Counted from the first letter of the stretch, positions 1 through 10,068 are shown. The stretch is 64,000 nt of DNA from Stellaceae bacterium (GCA_035534855.1 DATLRD010000090.1:1349-65348), one strand, 5' to 3'. Notes: generated from the sequence alone by a model not told the origin. Numbers and translations: made by a program.

Positions 1-1
1 C

Positions 2-154
2 CGGGTCGCGGCCTCGCTGCCGCACGGCCAAGCGACGGTGTCGGTGGTCAAGGGTGGGCTCGACGTGCCCGACCCGGACGCCGGCGATGTCGCGATCATC
101 GCCAGCGCGGCGGTTGCGGTCAGGTTCGAGAACCTGCCACAGGCAAAAGGCTGA
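2..154 (+). CDS. 3' end of an unidentified CDS (5' part lies outside the window)
   Basis: Frame 2 is open from the window edge to TGA 152-154 (...VSVVKGGLDVPDPDAGDVAIIASAAVAVRFENLPQAKG*). Third codon positions are G/C-dominated. No family recognised. Confidence 0.4.
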   Translation, partial: RVAASLPHGQATVSVVKGGLDVPDPDAGDVAIIASAAVAVRFENLPQAKG

Positions 155-172
155 GCCCGGCCCGCGTCTCGG

Positions 173-985
173 CTACAGAAGGTTGACGGTCATCGCGAAA
201 GCGTCGCCGTTGTCGGCGCGCCACGGGAGCAGCAGCCGTACATAGCGCTTGCTGCGGATCTCGCCGCGGCTTTTGAGGATCGCCACTGAGATCGCGTCGA
301 GGCGCGGCTGCTGGTCGGCGATGACTTCGCGGTACCGCCGCGCGGCCCAGAGCGCGAGCCCGGTATAGGGCTGGTCCTCGGCGTGCTTCCCACGGGCTTC
401 GCGGACCCACTTCGCGCCGAACATGTCGCGCTTCTTGCCCCAGTGCTCGATCAATAGCGAGGAGGACTGCGCCGGGTTGCGAACCACCACCGTCTGGTCG
501 AGCAGGCGTTCCTCGCGCAGGCGGCCGAGGATTTCGGGCGTCCAATTGCCGTGCCCCTCGTGCCACGCCTGGAACAGCCCAGTCATGCGGCCCCCGCCGA
601 GAGTGTCGATCGCATCCAGCGACTCGCGCCGCACTACGAGCCCCCGTGGCGTGTCGTGCTGCGCCTCGGTCACCACCTCTTCCATCCGCTGCAGCGCCAG
701 GTCGAGGTTGACAAACAGTTCGGGTGTCAGAGGCGACTCCGAGGACGACAGCACCACCCGCCGCGGCGCCTGTCGGCAGATCGCGAAAAACGTCGCGGCC
801 AGGGTCGGCCGACAGATCAGCCGCGGCCGAAATGCGACGATCAAATCGTCGCCAAGCCGCCACAGATAGACAAATCCACGGGACCAGATCGCGTCGGCCT
901 CGACATCGGCCCCGCTATACCCAGTCAATGCCCCCGATGGGGCTGGCCACACCCTGCCCCGGTCATCAACCAGCATGCCCAACAT
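173..985 (-). CDS. hypothetical protein; C-terminal half tentatively PAS_5/DUF1457-like
   Basis: 270-aa ORF with normal amino-acid composition, unlike the Arg/Pro-rich overlapping frames. The C-terminal pattern ...YVRLLLPW...G...AMTV resembles alphaproteobacterial PAS_5 proteins, from memory only. Confidence 0.5.
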   Translation of the reverse strand: MLGMLVDDRGRVWPAPSGALTGYSGADVEADAIWSRGFVYLWRLGDDLIVAFRPRLICRPTLAATFFAICRQAPRRVVLSSSESPLTPELFVNLDLALQRMEEVVTEAQHDTPRGLVVRRESLDAIDTLGGGRMTGLFQAWHEGHGNWTPEILGRLREERLLDQTVVVRNPAQSSSLLIEHWGKKRDMFGAKWVREARGKHAEDQPYTGLALWAARRYREVIADQQPRLDAISVAILKSRGEIRSKRYVRLLLPWRADNGDAFAMTVNLL

Positions 986-1096
986 GCTGCACGCCTCACT
1001 ATTTCCTGTTGCGTTTTACGCGAATGAAATACTATTGGGAAGTGGCTTACGATAGGTTTCGCGGCCGAGTTACTGGTAATACGATCGGCTTAGGGG

Positions 1097-2413
1097 ATGG
1101 GACAGGCGGGTGGGCCCGTGGGCCTGATTAATTTGGGTGGCGCCGCCCTCAGGACCGTGGCGGATACCGTCGATAAGCACGTCGCTGCGCGGTTACGCCT
1201 GCGCCGTCTTCAGGTCGGGATTGCCGAAAGAGACGCAGCGCAGCGTTTTGGCGTGAGCGTCCGGAAACTCGCGCGGCTCGAGGCCGGGGAAATTCCGATC
1301 CGGACCGAGTGGCTCGATGCGGCCTGCGACCTGTTCGGGGTTCGCACCTCATATTTTTTCCGCGGCATGCCGGGCGGCTCCCATGCCGGGGAAATTCCTC
1401 AGCTGGCGCCGCTCGGCGAGCAGCTGGGGCAAGCGCTGTTCCTGGCCCCTTGTCTGGATCTCCTGGCCCGCAACGCAGCCGCAGAAGTGCGCGAGGTGAC
1501 GATCGCCCGCCAGCCTGTGTGTGGCTATCTGCCGCTTATGGTCATGCAGGTGCGCAGGCTCGTCGAAAAACATGCCCGCGCCGCCGGGCTCGGCGACCTC
1601 ACGGTCCATTACGTTTCGTTCCACAGCGGCGCGGCGGTTAATGATGGGCTCCTTACCGGCCGCATCCAGATCGCCGCCGGCGGTGTTCCGCCGTTTCTGC
1701 TGCTGTGGGACCGGACCCGGCCCGATCTCGGGGTGAAGGCGCTCAGCGCGATCAGCTCCCTTCCGCAGTATTTGATCACGCGCAACCCTGCCGTTCGCAC
1801 CATTGCCGATTTTTGCGACTACGACCGCATCAATGTGGCCGCCCCCCAGGCGTCCTTGCCGGCGATTCTGCTCGAGATGGCCGCGGCCAAGACATTCGGG
1901 ATCGGGAGTTACAATCGGCTTAACCGGCTGACCGTCGGCCTGCCGCAGGCCGAGGGGGCGGCGCAGCTGATCTCCGGCCGTGGCGAGATCACAGCCGATT
2001 TCATCGGCGCACCCTTTGCCTATGAAGAGCTCGACGCTCCCGGGGTTCGCCTGGTGCTGCGGAGCGAGGATCTGATGGGGCCGGTGACCAATCAGCTGCT
2101 CTACACGACCTCTGCCTTCCATAACGAAAACCCGAAGATTGTCGCCGCGGTCATGGCCGCGTTCGACGAGGCCATCGAATTGGTGCGAAAGGACCGACAG
2201 CTGGCCGGCGAGGCGTTCGTCAAGGTCGAGGGCACGCGTCCGTTGCAGATCGCCCGCATGATCAACGATCGGTCAATCTCCTTCTCTGGCAATCCGCACG
2301 GGCTGATAAAGTTCGCCGAGTTCATGCACGAGACCGGTTCGATCGGAGCCATGCCAGCGAGCTGGGAAGACCTGTTTTTCCGCGACCAAGCGGCAAGGCT
2401 CAGCGGCGATTAG
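1097..2413 (+). CDS. XRE-family HTH domain fused to an NMT1/SsuA-like (type 2 periplasmic-binding-fold) domain
   Basis: 438-aa ORF. The N-terminus (HVAARLRLRRLQVGIAERDAAQRFGVSVRKLARLEAGE) is a Cro/C1-type HTH. The remaining ~330 aa looks like a NitT/TauT-type substrate-binding protein but has no signal peptide. Confidence 0.6.
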   Translation: MGQAGGPVGLINLGGAALRTVADTVDKHVAARLRLRRLQVGIAERDAAQRFGVSVRKLARLEAGEIPIRTEWLDAACDLFGVRTSYFFRGMPGGSHAGEIPQLAPLGEQLGQALFLAPCLDLLARNAAAEVREVTIARQPVCGYLPLMVMQVRRLVEKHARAAGLGDLTVHYVSFHSGAAVNDGLLTGRIQIAAGGVPPFLLLWDRTRPDLGVKALSAISSLPQYLITRNPAVRTIADFCDYDRINVAAPQASLPAILLEMAAAKTFGIGSYNRLNRLTVGLPQAEGAAQLISGRGEITADFIGAPFAYEELDAPGVRLVLRSEDLMGPVTNQLLYTTSAFHNENPKIVAAVMAAFDEAIELVRKDRQLAGEAFVKVEGTRPLQIARMINDRSISFSGNPHGLIKFAEFMHETGSIGAMPASWEDLFFRDQAARLSGD

Positions 2414-2504
2414 GGACGCGGCGGTCACCCCGCCGTTTGCGACCGCGGCGCCGCGGCGGCATCGGCATCCGCCTCGGCATCGGAGGTGACCGACACTTCG
2501 ACGC

Positions 2505-2985
2505 TCATGCCCAGGTAATCTGACGGAAACCCGGTCCACGTTCCGGACGGCGGCACGGCGTGCCGCATCCGCTTGGCGCGGCATTCGTCGAGTTCGGCCT
2601 GGGGGCGCGCGGGCCGATCGTGATGCCGTAGCCGCCGGCCTCGCCGACCGGCTTGACCACCAGCCGCGACCGGTCGTCGAGCAGCAGGTTGAGCGCGGTG
2701 ACGCGCTGGATCACGCCGGCCTCGGTATGGCCCCATTCGGCGGCCGACAGCACGCGCGGGATCGCATCGAACGGCAGGATGCGGTCGATCGCGCTGCTGT
2801 CGGAATATACGGTCAAGGTGATCCCGAGGTTGTAGAGCGCGCGCTCCGCGTCGGCGGCGCGGCCCTTGAAGACGGCGGTCGGCAGCCGCGCCAGCCGGTC
2901 GCGCAGCGGCGCGTTGTCGGGGCAATGCAGCAGCTCGCAGTAGAGGCTGCCCGGGTCATAGCCATCAAGAAGAAAGGTGCCCATC
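2505..2985 (-). pseudogene. remnant of a circularly permuted type-2 ATP-grasp protein (COG2308 family)
   Basis: The N-terminal block MGTFLLDGYDPGSLYCEL...GITLTVYSDSSAIDRILPFDAIPRVLSAAEW...GVIQRVTALNLLL runs straight into a normally distant block LVVKPVGEAGGYGITIGPRA, and the frame then degenerates. It is ~160 aa against ~470-480 aa expected, so an internal deletion plus 3' decay is inferred. Confidence 0.5.
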
Positions 2986-3133
2986 GCTCCACGCCGTGCT
3001 GCCGCCAAAAGCGGTACGCACGTCGCGCGCCAATTGCAGCGCGAGCGCGGTCGCCGCCGCCGGTTCCACATATCATCCGGCCGGCGCGCCGGGAAACTTG
3101 CCCGCCGGGCACCGCGGCCTGATATAGTGCAGC

Positions 3134-3233
3134 GGGAGATCGTCGGCGGGCAGGCCCCTCGCCAACCCGGTCAGGTCCGGAAGGAAGCAGCCGTAACGAG
3201 TTCCGGCCTGGGTCGTCCGCACGGTCTCCCACC
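3134..3233 (+). ncRNA. ffs: signal recognition particle RNA (small bacterial SRP / 4.5S RNA)
   Basis: Conserved domain IV core GCCAACCCGGUCAGGUCCGGAAGGAAGCAGCCGUAACGA. The 5' GGGAGAUCGUCGGCGG pairs with the 3' CGUCCGCACGGUCUCCC to close helix 5. Sits immediately upstream of dnaX. Ends are approximate. Confidence 0.85.
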
Positions 3234-3251
3234 TCATTTCCGTGCCGCGCT

Positions 3252-5042
3252 ATGACCGAACCGGCGACGCATTACCGGGTGCTGGCCCGCAAATACCGGC
3301 CGCAAACCTTTGCCGAGGTGATCGGGCAGGAGGCGCTGGTGCGCACCCTGTCGAACGCGATTGCGACCGGCCGCATCGCCCACGCCTTCATCCTCACCGG
3401 GGTGCGCGGGGTCGGTAAGACCACGACGGCGCGGATCATCGCCCGTGCGCTCAACTGCGTCGGGCCGGACGGGACCGGCGGCCCGACCGTATCGCCGTGC
3501 GGGGTGTGCGACCATTGCCGCGCGATCGCCGAGGACCGCCATGTCGACGTGATCGAGATGGACGCCGCCTCGCGCACCGGGGTCGACGACATCCGCGACC
3601 TGACCGACGGCATCCGCTATCGCCCCGTCTCGGCGCGGTTCAAGGTCTACATCATCGACGAAGTGCACATGCTGTCGAAGAATGCCTTCAACGCGCTGTT
3701 GAAGACGCTCGAAGAGCCGCCGCCCGACGTCAAGTTCGTGTTCGCGACGACCGAGGCGCAGAAGGTTCCGGTCACCGTGCTGTCGCGCTGCCAGCGGTTT
3801 TCGCTGCGCCGCGTGCCGGCCGATATTCTGTCTGCGCATTATCGCGGGATCGCCGAAGCCGAGGGCGTCGCGATTTCGCCGGCCGCGCTCGGGCTGATCG
3901 CCCGTGCCGCCGACGGCTCGGTGCGCGACGGGCTGTCGCTGCTCGACCAGGCGATCGCGCTGGCCGACGGCCCGATCGAGGAGTCGCTGGTGCGCGACAT
4001 GCTCGGCATCGCCGATCGCGGGCTCGTCTGCGACCTGTTCGAGACCGTGATGAAAGGCGATGCGGCCGGCGCGCTCGACCGCATGGCGGCGCTCTACCAG
4101 GGCGGCGCCGACCCGCTGATGGTGCTGCAGGACCTCCTGGATTTCTGCCATTTCGTGACCCGTCTCAAGCTGGTGCCCGAGGCCGGGGCCGACGACCCGA
4201 TGGAGGAGGGCGACCGGGCCCGCGCCCAGCCGCTGGCCGCGGCGCTGGCGATGCCGGTATTGGCGCGGGCCTGGCAGATGCTGCTGAAGGGGCTCGAAGA
4301 GGTGCAGGCGGCGCCGTCGCCGGCGCAGGCCGCGGAAATGGTGCTGATCCGCCTCGCCTATGCCGCCGACCTGCCGCTGCCGGCCGATCTGGTGCGCAGC
4401 CTGCAGTCGCACGAGCCGGTCGCCGCCGTGCGCAGCATGCCGGCTGTGCCGTCGCCGTCGCGGCCGCCCTCGCTCTCGCCCTCGGTCGCGCCGCCGCCGG
4501 TGGCCGGCCCGCGCGGCGACGGGGCGGTGGCGAGCGCCCGGCCGCTGCCGGCGGCGGTGCCCGACCCGTCTCCGACCCCGAGCGCCAGCGCCGCCTTCGA
4601 CCCGATGCCGCAGAATTTCGCCGAGGTCGTCGCGCTGTTCGACGCGCATCGCGAGGCGCTCGCCGCGTCGCAGCTCAGGCAGCACGTTCACCTCGTCGCC
4701 TTCGAACCCGGCCGCATCGAATTTTGCCCGGCCGACGGCGCGCCGCGCGACCTCGCCAACCGGCTCGGCCAGAGCCTTGGCGACTGGACTGGCGCGCGCT
4801 GGGTCGTGTCGGTGTCGCAGGCCGCGGGCGCGCCGACCTTGGCGCAGGACGAGGAACAGCGCTCGCGTGCCCTGGAGAGTGAGGTGGCCGCCCACCCGCT
4901 GGTGCGCGCCGCGCTCGAGGCCTTTCCGGGCGCGACGATCGCCGCGGTGCGCGAGCGGCTTGCCGGCGCCGAGCCGGGGGTCGAGCCCGATGCCGAGCCG
5001 CCGGCCGATGACGACACCGGCAACACAGAGGACGATTCATGA
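3252..5042 (+). CDS. dnaX: DNA polymerase III subunit gamma/tau
   Basis: 596-aa ORF with AAA+ clamp-loader motifs (GVRGVGKTTTARI, IIDEVHMLS, SRCQRF), followed by a Pro/Ala/Ser-rich tau linker and a C-terminal domain. Confidence 0.95.
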   Translation: MTEPATHYRVLARKYRPQTFAEVIGQEALVRTLSNAIATGRIAHAFILTGVRGVGKTTTARIIARALNCVGPDGTGGPTVSPCGVCDHCRAIAEDRHVDVIEMDAASRTGVDDIRDLTDGIRYRPVSARFKVYIIDEVHMLSKNAFNALLKTLEEPPPDVKFVFATTEAQKVPVTVLSRCQRFSLRRVPADILSAHYRGIAEAEGVAISPAALGLIARAADGSVRDGLSLLDQAIALADGPIEESLVRDMLGIADRGLVCDLFETVMKGDAAGALDRMAALYQGGADPLMVLQDLLDFCHFVTRLKLVPEAGADDPMEEGDRARAQPLAAALAMPVLARAWQMLLKGLEEVQAAPSPAQAAEMVLIRLAYAADLPLPADLVRSLQSHEPVAAVRSMPAVPSPSRPPSLSPSVAPPPVAGPRGDGAVASARPLPAAVPDPSPTPSASAAFDPMPQNFAEVVALFDAHREALAASQLRQHVHLVAFEPGRIEFCPADGAPRDLANRLGQSLGDWTGARWVVSVSQAAGAPTLAQDEEQRSRALESEVAAHPLVRAALEAFPGATIAAVRERLAGAEPGVEPDAEPPADDDTGNTEDDS

Positions 5043-5362
5043 AGAATCTCGGTCAGTTGATGAAACAGGCGCAGCAGATGCAGGCCCGGATGGCCGAGAT
5101 GCAGGCGCAGCTCGAAACCGTCGAGATGACCGGCGTGTCAGGCGGCGGGTTGGTGTCGCTGACCCTAAACGGCAAGGGCGACGTCAAGCAGGTCAAGATC
5201 GACAAATCGGTGCTCGACCCCGAAGAGGGCGAAGTGCTGGAAGACCTGATCGTCGCAGCGTTCAACGACGCGCGCGCCAAGGTCAACGCCCATACCGAGG
5301 CGGAGATGGGCAAATTGACCGGCGGGCTCGGCCTGCCCGGCGGGTTCAAGTTGCCGTTCTAG
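5039..5362 (+). CDS. ybaB: YbaB/EbfC family nucleoid-associated protein
   Basis: 107 aa, starting MKNLGQLMKQAQQMQARMAEMQ... ATGA overlap with the dnaX stop. Canonical dnaX-ybaB-recR order. Confidence 0.9.
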   Translation: MKNLGQLMKQAQQMQARMAEMQAQLETVEMTGVSGGGLVSLTLNGKGDVKQVKIDKSVLDPEEGEVLEDLIVAAFNDARAKVNAHTEAEMGKLTGGLGLPGGFKLPF

Positions 5363-5371
5363 GAAAATTCC

Positions 5372-5953
5372 CTGTCCGAACTCGACACGCTGATCCAGCT
5401 GCTCGCGCGGCTGCCCGGGCTCGGGCCGCGCTCGGCGCGCCGTGCCGCGCTGCACCTGATCAAGCGGCGCGAGGGGCTGATGATGCCCCTGGCAGCCGCG
5501 CTGCAGGCCGCCGCGGCAGCGATCCGCCCGTGCAGCGAGTGCGGCAACCTCGACACGGTCGACCCGTGCGCGATCTGCCGTGACCCGCGTCGCGACGGTG
5601 CGGTGATCTGCGTCGTCGAGGACCTCGCCGATCTGTGGGCGCTGGAGCGTACCGCCGCGTTCCGCGGGCGCTACCACGTGCTCGGCGGCACGCTGTCGGC
5701 GCTCGACGGGGTCGGGCCGGAAGACCTCAACATCGCCCGGCTGATCGCCCGGCTCGGCGCGAACATGGAGTTGATCCTGGCGCTCAACGCTACGGTCGAC
5801 GGCCAGACCACCGCACATTACATCGCCGACCGCGCCCAACCGACCGGCGCCAAAATCTCGCGCCTCGCCCAGGGCGTGCCGATCGGCGGCGAACTCGACT
5901 ATCTCGACGAAGGCACCCTGACCGCGGCGCTGAACGCGCGGCGGGAGGTGTAG
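5372..5953 (+). CDS. recR: recombination protein RecR
   Basis: Cys4 zinc finger [16 protein letters not shown] and a Toprim region ([15 protein letters not shown]). The HhH motif [16 protein letters not shown] lies upstream of the first ATG (5480), so the start is placed at CTG 5372, just after in-frame TAG 5360-5362. The start is uncertain. Confidence 0.85.
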   Translation: MSELDTLIQLLARLPGLGPRSARRAALHLIKRREGLMMPLAAALQAAAAAIRPCSECGNLDTVDPCAICRDPRRDGAVICVVEDLADLWALERTAAFRGRYHVLGGTLSALDGVGPEDLNIARLIARLGANMELILALNATVDGQTTAHYIADRAQPTGAKISRLAQGVPIGGELDYLDEGTLTAALNARREV

Positions 5954-7807
5954 CTAGGCCGCCTTGCGGCGCCGTCTGCCGCGAGGCATGGCGTTTTCTT
6001 CCTCGAAGAGTTCGGCGAGGCGTTCGAGCATCACGCCGCCCAGCTGCTCGGCGTCGACGATCGTCACCGCGCGGCGATAGTAGCGGGTCACGTCGTGGCC
6101 GATGCCGATCGCGGTCAGCTCGACCACGCCGCTGCGCTCGATCTGCGCGATTACCTCGCGCAGGTGCTTTTCGAGGTAGTTACCGGGGTTTACCGACAGC
6201 GTCGAATCGTCGACCGGGGCACCGTCGGAAATCACCATCAGAATGCGCCGCTCCTCGGGCCGGCCGAGGATGCGGTTATAGGCCCAGGTCAGCGCCTCGC
6301 CGTCGATGTTTTCCTTGAGGATGCCTTCGCGCAGCATCAGCCCGAGGCTGCGGCGCGCGCGGCGCCACGGTGCGTCGGCGGGCTTGTAGACGATGTGCCG
6401 CAGATCGTTGAGGCGGCCGGGATTGGCCGGCTTGCCGGCGGCGATCCAGCGCTCGCGCGCCTGCCCGCCCTTCCACGCCCGCGTCGTAAAGCCGAGGATC
6501 TCGACCTTGACGCCGCAGCGCTCGAGGGTGCGCGCCAATATGTCGGCGCTCATCGCCGCCACCGTTATCGGCCGGCCGCGCATCGAGCCGGAATTGTCGA
6601 TGAGGAGCGTCACGACGGTGTCGCGGAACTCCATCTCCTGCTCCATCTTGTAGGCAAGCGGCAGGACGGGATTGGCGATGACGCGGGCGAGCCGCGCGGC
6701 GTCGAGGATGCCCTCGTCGAGGTCGAATTCCCAGGCGCGGGTCTGCTTGGCGAGCAGCCGCCGCTGCAGCCGGTTCGCGAGCCGGGCGATCACGCTCTGC
6801 AGGTGCGACAGCTGCTGGTCGAGCAGATGGCGCAGCCGGGTCAGCTCGTCTCCGTCGCACAGCTCATCGGCCTCGACGACCTCGTCGGCCTCGCTGCTGA
6901 ACACGCGATACGTTGCCATGTCGTCGCCGCGGCCGCGCGGCAGCTGGCCGGGCCGCCCGGGCCGCCCAGGGTCATCGTCGCTCGATCCGGGCATCATCTC
7001 GCCGTCGGCATCGGCCTCGCCGTCTTCCTCGGCGTCGTCGCCGGCGCTGTCGGCCGGCGAACCGTCCGCCGACGGCTGCGCCCCGGTGGCGGCGCTTTCG
7101 CCGCTGTCGGTCTGGTTGTCGCCTTCGGATTCTTCGCCCTGGTTCTGCGAGTTTTCCGAGTCGCTTTCGTCGACCTCGCCGAGGTCGAGGTCCATGTCCT
7201 GGATCATCTGGCGGGTGATCCGGGCGTAGGAATCCTGGTCCTCGATCGAGCGGTCGAGCTCGCCGAGGTCGCGCGCGATCTTGCCTTCAAGCCACGGCCG
7301 CCACAGATCGACGACGCGTCGCGCCGAGGGCGGCGGCGGCTCGTGGGTCAGGGCCTCGCGGGTCAACAGGCGCACCGCCTCGGCCATGGTGCTTTCGGTG
7401 CGCTCGCTGATGCGCTCAAACCCCTGCCGGCGGTACTGCTCGTCGAGCATCGCGCCGATATTGTGCGCGACCCCGATCATCCGGCGCGAACCCAGCGCCT
7501 CGACCCGGGCCTGCTCGACCGCCTCGAAGATCGAGCGCGCCAGCGGTCCGCCGGGCAGGCGCTTGGCGTGGATCGCATCGTCGTGATAGCGCAGCCGCAG
7601 TGCCAGGCTGTCGGCGGCGCCGCGCAGCTGTGCCGCCTCTTCGGGCGGCAGGTCGCGCGCCGGGTTTGGCAGTTTGACCTTGATGCCCGAGACGCCGGGC
7701 GGCTCCGGGCCGAACCCGACGTTCAGATCGTCGCGCTCGGCGATTGCGCGCAGCGTCGACGCGGTCGCCCGCTTGAAGATTTCGGTTGGTGAGAATTCCT
7801 GCGCCAC
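5954..7807 (-). CDS. cobT: cobaltochelatase subunit CobT (vWA domain)
   Basis: 617-aa ORF with an acidic D/E/S-rich central linker and a C-terminal vWA/MIDAS region ([11 protein letters not shown]). Sits directly downstream of cobS. Confidence 0.88.
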   Translation of the reverse strand: MAQEFSPTEIFKRATASTLRAIAERDDLNVGFGPEPPGVSGIKVKLPNPARDLPPEEAAQLRGAADSLALRLRYHDDAIHAKRLPGGPLARSIFEAVEQARVEALGSRRMIGVAHNIGAMLDEQYRRQGFERISERTESTMAEAVRLLTREALTHEPPPPSARRVVDLWRPWLEGKIARDLGELDRSIEDQDSYARITRQMIQDMDLDLGEVDESDSENSQNQGEESEGDNQTDSGESAATGAQPSADGSPADSAGDDAEEDGEADADGEMMPGSSDDDPGRPGRPGQLPRGRGDDMATYRVFSSEADEVVEADELCDGDELTRLRHLLDQQLSHLQSVIARLANRLQRRLLAKQTRAWEFDLDEGILDAARLARVIANPVLPLAYKMEQEMEFRDTVVTLLIDNSGSMRGRPITVAAMSADILARTLERCGVKVEILGFTTRAWKGGQARERWIAAGKPANPGRLNDLRHIVYKPADAPWRRARRSLGLMLREGILKENIDGEALTWAYNRILGRPEERRILMVISDGAPVDDSTLSVNPGNYLEKHLREVIAQIERSGVVELTAIGIGHDVTRYYRRAVTIVDAEQLGGVMLERLAELFEEENAMPRGRRRRKAA

Positions 7808-7823
7808 GTCTTCTCCCGCCCGC

Positions 7824-8825
7824 CTACATCAGGGTCGCGTTGACGCCGGTCTCCGGCAGATCGGTGCCAAAGCAGCGCTGGTAGTATTCGGCGACCGCCG
7901 GCCGCTCGGTCTCGTCGCACTTGTTCAGAAAGGTGAGCCGGAAGGAAAACGCGATATCGTTGAAGATGCGCGCGTTTTCGGCCCAGGTCATCACCGTGCG
8001 CGGTGACATCACGGTCGAGATGTCGCCGTTGATGAACCCGCTGCGGGTGAGGTCGGCACAGGCCACCATCGCGCTGATCTTACGCCGGCCCTCTTCGTTG
8101 TCGTAATGGGGCACCTTGGCCAGCACGATCTCGCATTCGGTGTCGTGCGGCAGGTAGTTGAGCGCCGTGACGATGCTCCAGCGGTCCATCTGGCCCTGGT
8201 TGATCTGCTGGGTGCCGTGATAGAGCCCGCTGGTGTCGCCGAGCCCGACCGTGTTGGCGGTCGAGAACAGGCGGAATGCCCCGTGCGGCCGAATCACCCG
8301 GTTCTGGTCGAGCAGCGTCAGCTTGCCGTCGACTTCGAGAACGCGCTGGATCACGAACATCACATCCGGGCGGCCGGCATCGTACTCGTCGAAGCACAGC
8401 GCCACCGGGTGCTGCAGCGCCCACGGCAGGAGGCCCTCGCGGAACTCGGTGACCTGCTTGTTGTCGCGCAGCACGATCGCATCCTTGCCGACCAGGTCGA
8501 TCCGGCTGATGTGGCTGTCGAGGTTGACGCGGATGCACGGCCAGTTGAGCCGAGCGGCGACCTGCTCGACATGCGTCGATTTGCCGGTGCCGTGGTAGCC
8601 CTGGATCATGACCCGGCGGTTGAAGGCAAAACCGGCGAGGATGGCCAGCGTCGTGTCGTGGTCGAAGCGGTAGGCGTCGTCGAAATCGGGCACGTGCTCG
8701 CTCGGCGCGCTGAACGCGGGAACCTGAAGGTCGCTGTCGATCCCAAACGTCTGACGCACCGAGATCGTGATGTCGGGCATGCCGGTCGGCGTCGGCGTAA
8801 GTGCCGCTGGTTCTACGGAGGGCAT
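7824..8825 (-). CDS. cobS: cobaltochelatase subunit CobS (MoxR-like AAA ATPase)
   Basis: 333 aa with P-loop [13 protein letters not shown] and Walker [13 protein letters not shown]. Typical CobS length and cobS-cobT pairing. Confidence 0.88.
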   Translation of the reverse strand: MPSVEPAALTPTPTGMPDITISVRQTFGIDSDLQVPAFSAPSEHVPDFDDAYRFDHDTTLAILAGFAFNRRVMIQGYHGTGKSTHVEQVAARLNWPCIRVNLDSHISRIDLVGKDAIVLRDNKQVTEFREGLLPWALQHPVALCFDEYDAGRPDVMFVIQRVLEVDGKLTLLDQNRVIRPHGAFRLFSTANTVGLGDTSGLYHGTQQINQGQMDRWSIVTALNYLPHDTECEIVLAKVPHYDNEEGRRKISAMVACADLTRSGFINGDISTVMSPRTVMTWAENARIFNDIAFSFRLTFLNKCDETERPAVAEYYQRCFGTDLPETGVNATLM

Positions 8826-8875
8826 TATTTTCGGGTGTCCTGATGGGAGTGGAAATTTACCTCAAGCGCCCATTG

Positions 8876-9451
8876 TCAGCCGAAATAGCTGGCTTTCAAG
8901 GTGGCATAAGCCTGGTTGATGATTTTCAGCTTTTCCTCGGCGGCCTTGTCGCCGCCGTGGGCGTCGGGGTGGTGGAGCTTGACCAGAACCTTGTAGCGCG
9001 ATTTGAGGCTCAGCGCGGTGAACGGCGGCTCGATGTCGAACACTGCCATCGCCTGTTCGGCGGCTGCGGCGGCGCGCGCCGGCGCCTCGCCGTGGCGGCG
9101 GCCGCTGCCGCCATTGGGCCGCGAACCAGCTTCGCCAAACCCGAACGGGTCGCGGACATGCGGGGTATAGGCGGGGCCATGGCGCTCGCCGAGCTTCCAG
9201 CTTGGGCGCTGCCACACCGTGTCGCGGCGGATCTCCTGCTCGATCTCGTTCTCGTTCATTCCCGCGTAATAATTCCACGCGGCGTTGTAGGCCCGAACGT
9301 GCTCGATACAGAACCAATAATAATGGTCGAGTTCGAGGCGCGAGCGCGGTGCGCGATAATCCCCGCCCGCTTCGCAGCCGGGGTGATCGCACAGTCGCGC
9401 CGGCGGGTCGGGCTCGGGCGCGAACACGGGGTTGATCGAGGAACGCCGCAT
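8876..9451 (-). CDS. J-domain protein (DnaJ-like co-chaperone, C-terminal J domain)
   Basis: C-terminal J domain with an HPD motif (YKVLVKLHHPDAHGGD...INQAYATLK). The track ORF runs to 9661, but its first 70 aa are Arg-rich junk, so the start is trimmed to ATG 9451. Confidence 0.75.
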   Translation of the reverse strand: MRRSSINPVFAPEPDPPARLCDHPGCEAGGDYRAPRSRLELDHYYWFCIEHVRAYNAAWNYYAGMNENEIEQEIRRDTVWQRPSWKLGERHGPAYTPHVRDPFGFGEAGSRPNGGSGRRHGEAPARAAAAAEQAMAVFDIEPPFTALSLKSRYKVLVKLHHPDAHGGDKAAEEKLKIINQAYATLKASYFG

Positions 9452-9549
9452 CACCCGACAGTATGGGTGGCGAGCCGCCGCGTGACAAGGATTCGCCGCG
9501 ACGCACAACAGCAACCCTGCCCGGCGGCGCTGCGTACCGCCGAACCTGG

Positions 9550-10068
9550 TTAATCGAGCACCAGTTTCATTCCGACATGGCTCGCGTGGAAGCCGAGCCG
9601 TTCGTAGAAGCGATGTGCGGCGATGCGTGATCGGTCGCTGGTCAACTCGACGAGGCCGCATCCCGCCTCGCGCGCCGCGTCGATCGCGTGGCGCACGAGA
9701 CGCTCGCCGATCCCCTGGCTGCGCCGGCTGGCCGCCACTCGCACGCCTTCGATCAGCCCGCGGGTCATGCCCCGGCGCGACAGGCCGGGGATTACGGTCA
9801 GTTGCAGGCAGCCGACCACTGCGCCCGCCAGTTCGGCGACGAACAGGAAGTTGCCGGGCTGTGTGGCGATGCCGTCGAATGCGCGGACATATGCCTCGGG
9901 CAGCGGGTCGGCGAGGTCTTCGCGGCCGCGCCCGAGCGGGTCGTCGGCGAGCAGCGCGACGATCGCTGCAACATCGTGGCCGTGCGCCGCGCGGATCGAA
10001 GCGCTTCGGGCATCGATTTTCTCCCTCGCCCGTCTCGGGGTTTCGCCCTTCGACACCCTCTCCCGCAT
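9550..10068 (-). CDS. GNAT family N-acetyltransferase
   Basis: Acetyl-CoA binding motif RRSQGIGERLVRHAIDAAREAG, ending ...HRFYERLGF. The longer ORF (to 10236) runs through the groEL terminator and the groEL 3' end, so the start is trimmed to ATG 10068. Confidence 0.75.
   Translation of the reverse strand: MRERVSKGETPRRAREKIDARSASIRAAHGHDVAAIVALLADDPLGRGREDLADPLPEAYVRAFDGIATQPGNFLFVAELAGAVVGCLQLTVIPGLSRRGMTRGLIEGVRVAASRRSQGIGERLVRHAIDAAREAGCGLVELTSDRSRIAAHRFYERLGFHASHVGMKLVLD

Noticed and set aside
3234-4895. 553-aa minus-strand ORF antisense to dnaX
   Set aside because: It lies entirely within the well-supported dnaX gene. Its translation is Arg/Gly/His/Pro-rich with no motifs. This is a typical high-GC antisense open frame.
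3252-5042. Programmed -1 frameshift site in dnaX (E. coli-type A AAA AAG)
   Set aside because: I found no A-rich slippery heptamer anywhere in the gene, so no gamma-by-frameshift claim is made.
8876-9661. Long N-terminal extensions offered by the ORF track for the J-domain protein, GNAT, groES, folE, apaG, flgA, fliH, fliJ, fliR, flgD, flgE and flgI
   Set aside because: The extensions are Arg/Pro-rich, overlap upstream genes or terminators, and are missing from the conserved family N-termini. Internal starts that match the family N-termini were chosen instead.
9550-10068. GNAT as a type II toxin (TacT/AtaT-like)
   Set aside because: No small antitoxin ORF precedes it; the upstream space is taken by the groEL terminator. 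The sequence looks like an ordinary housekeeping GNAT.
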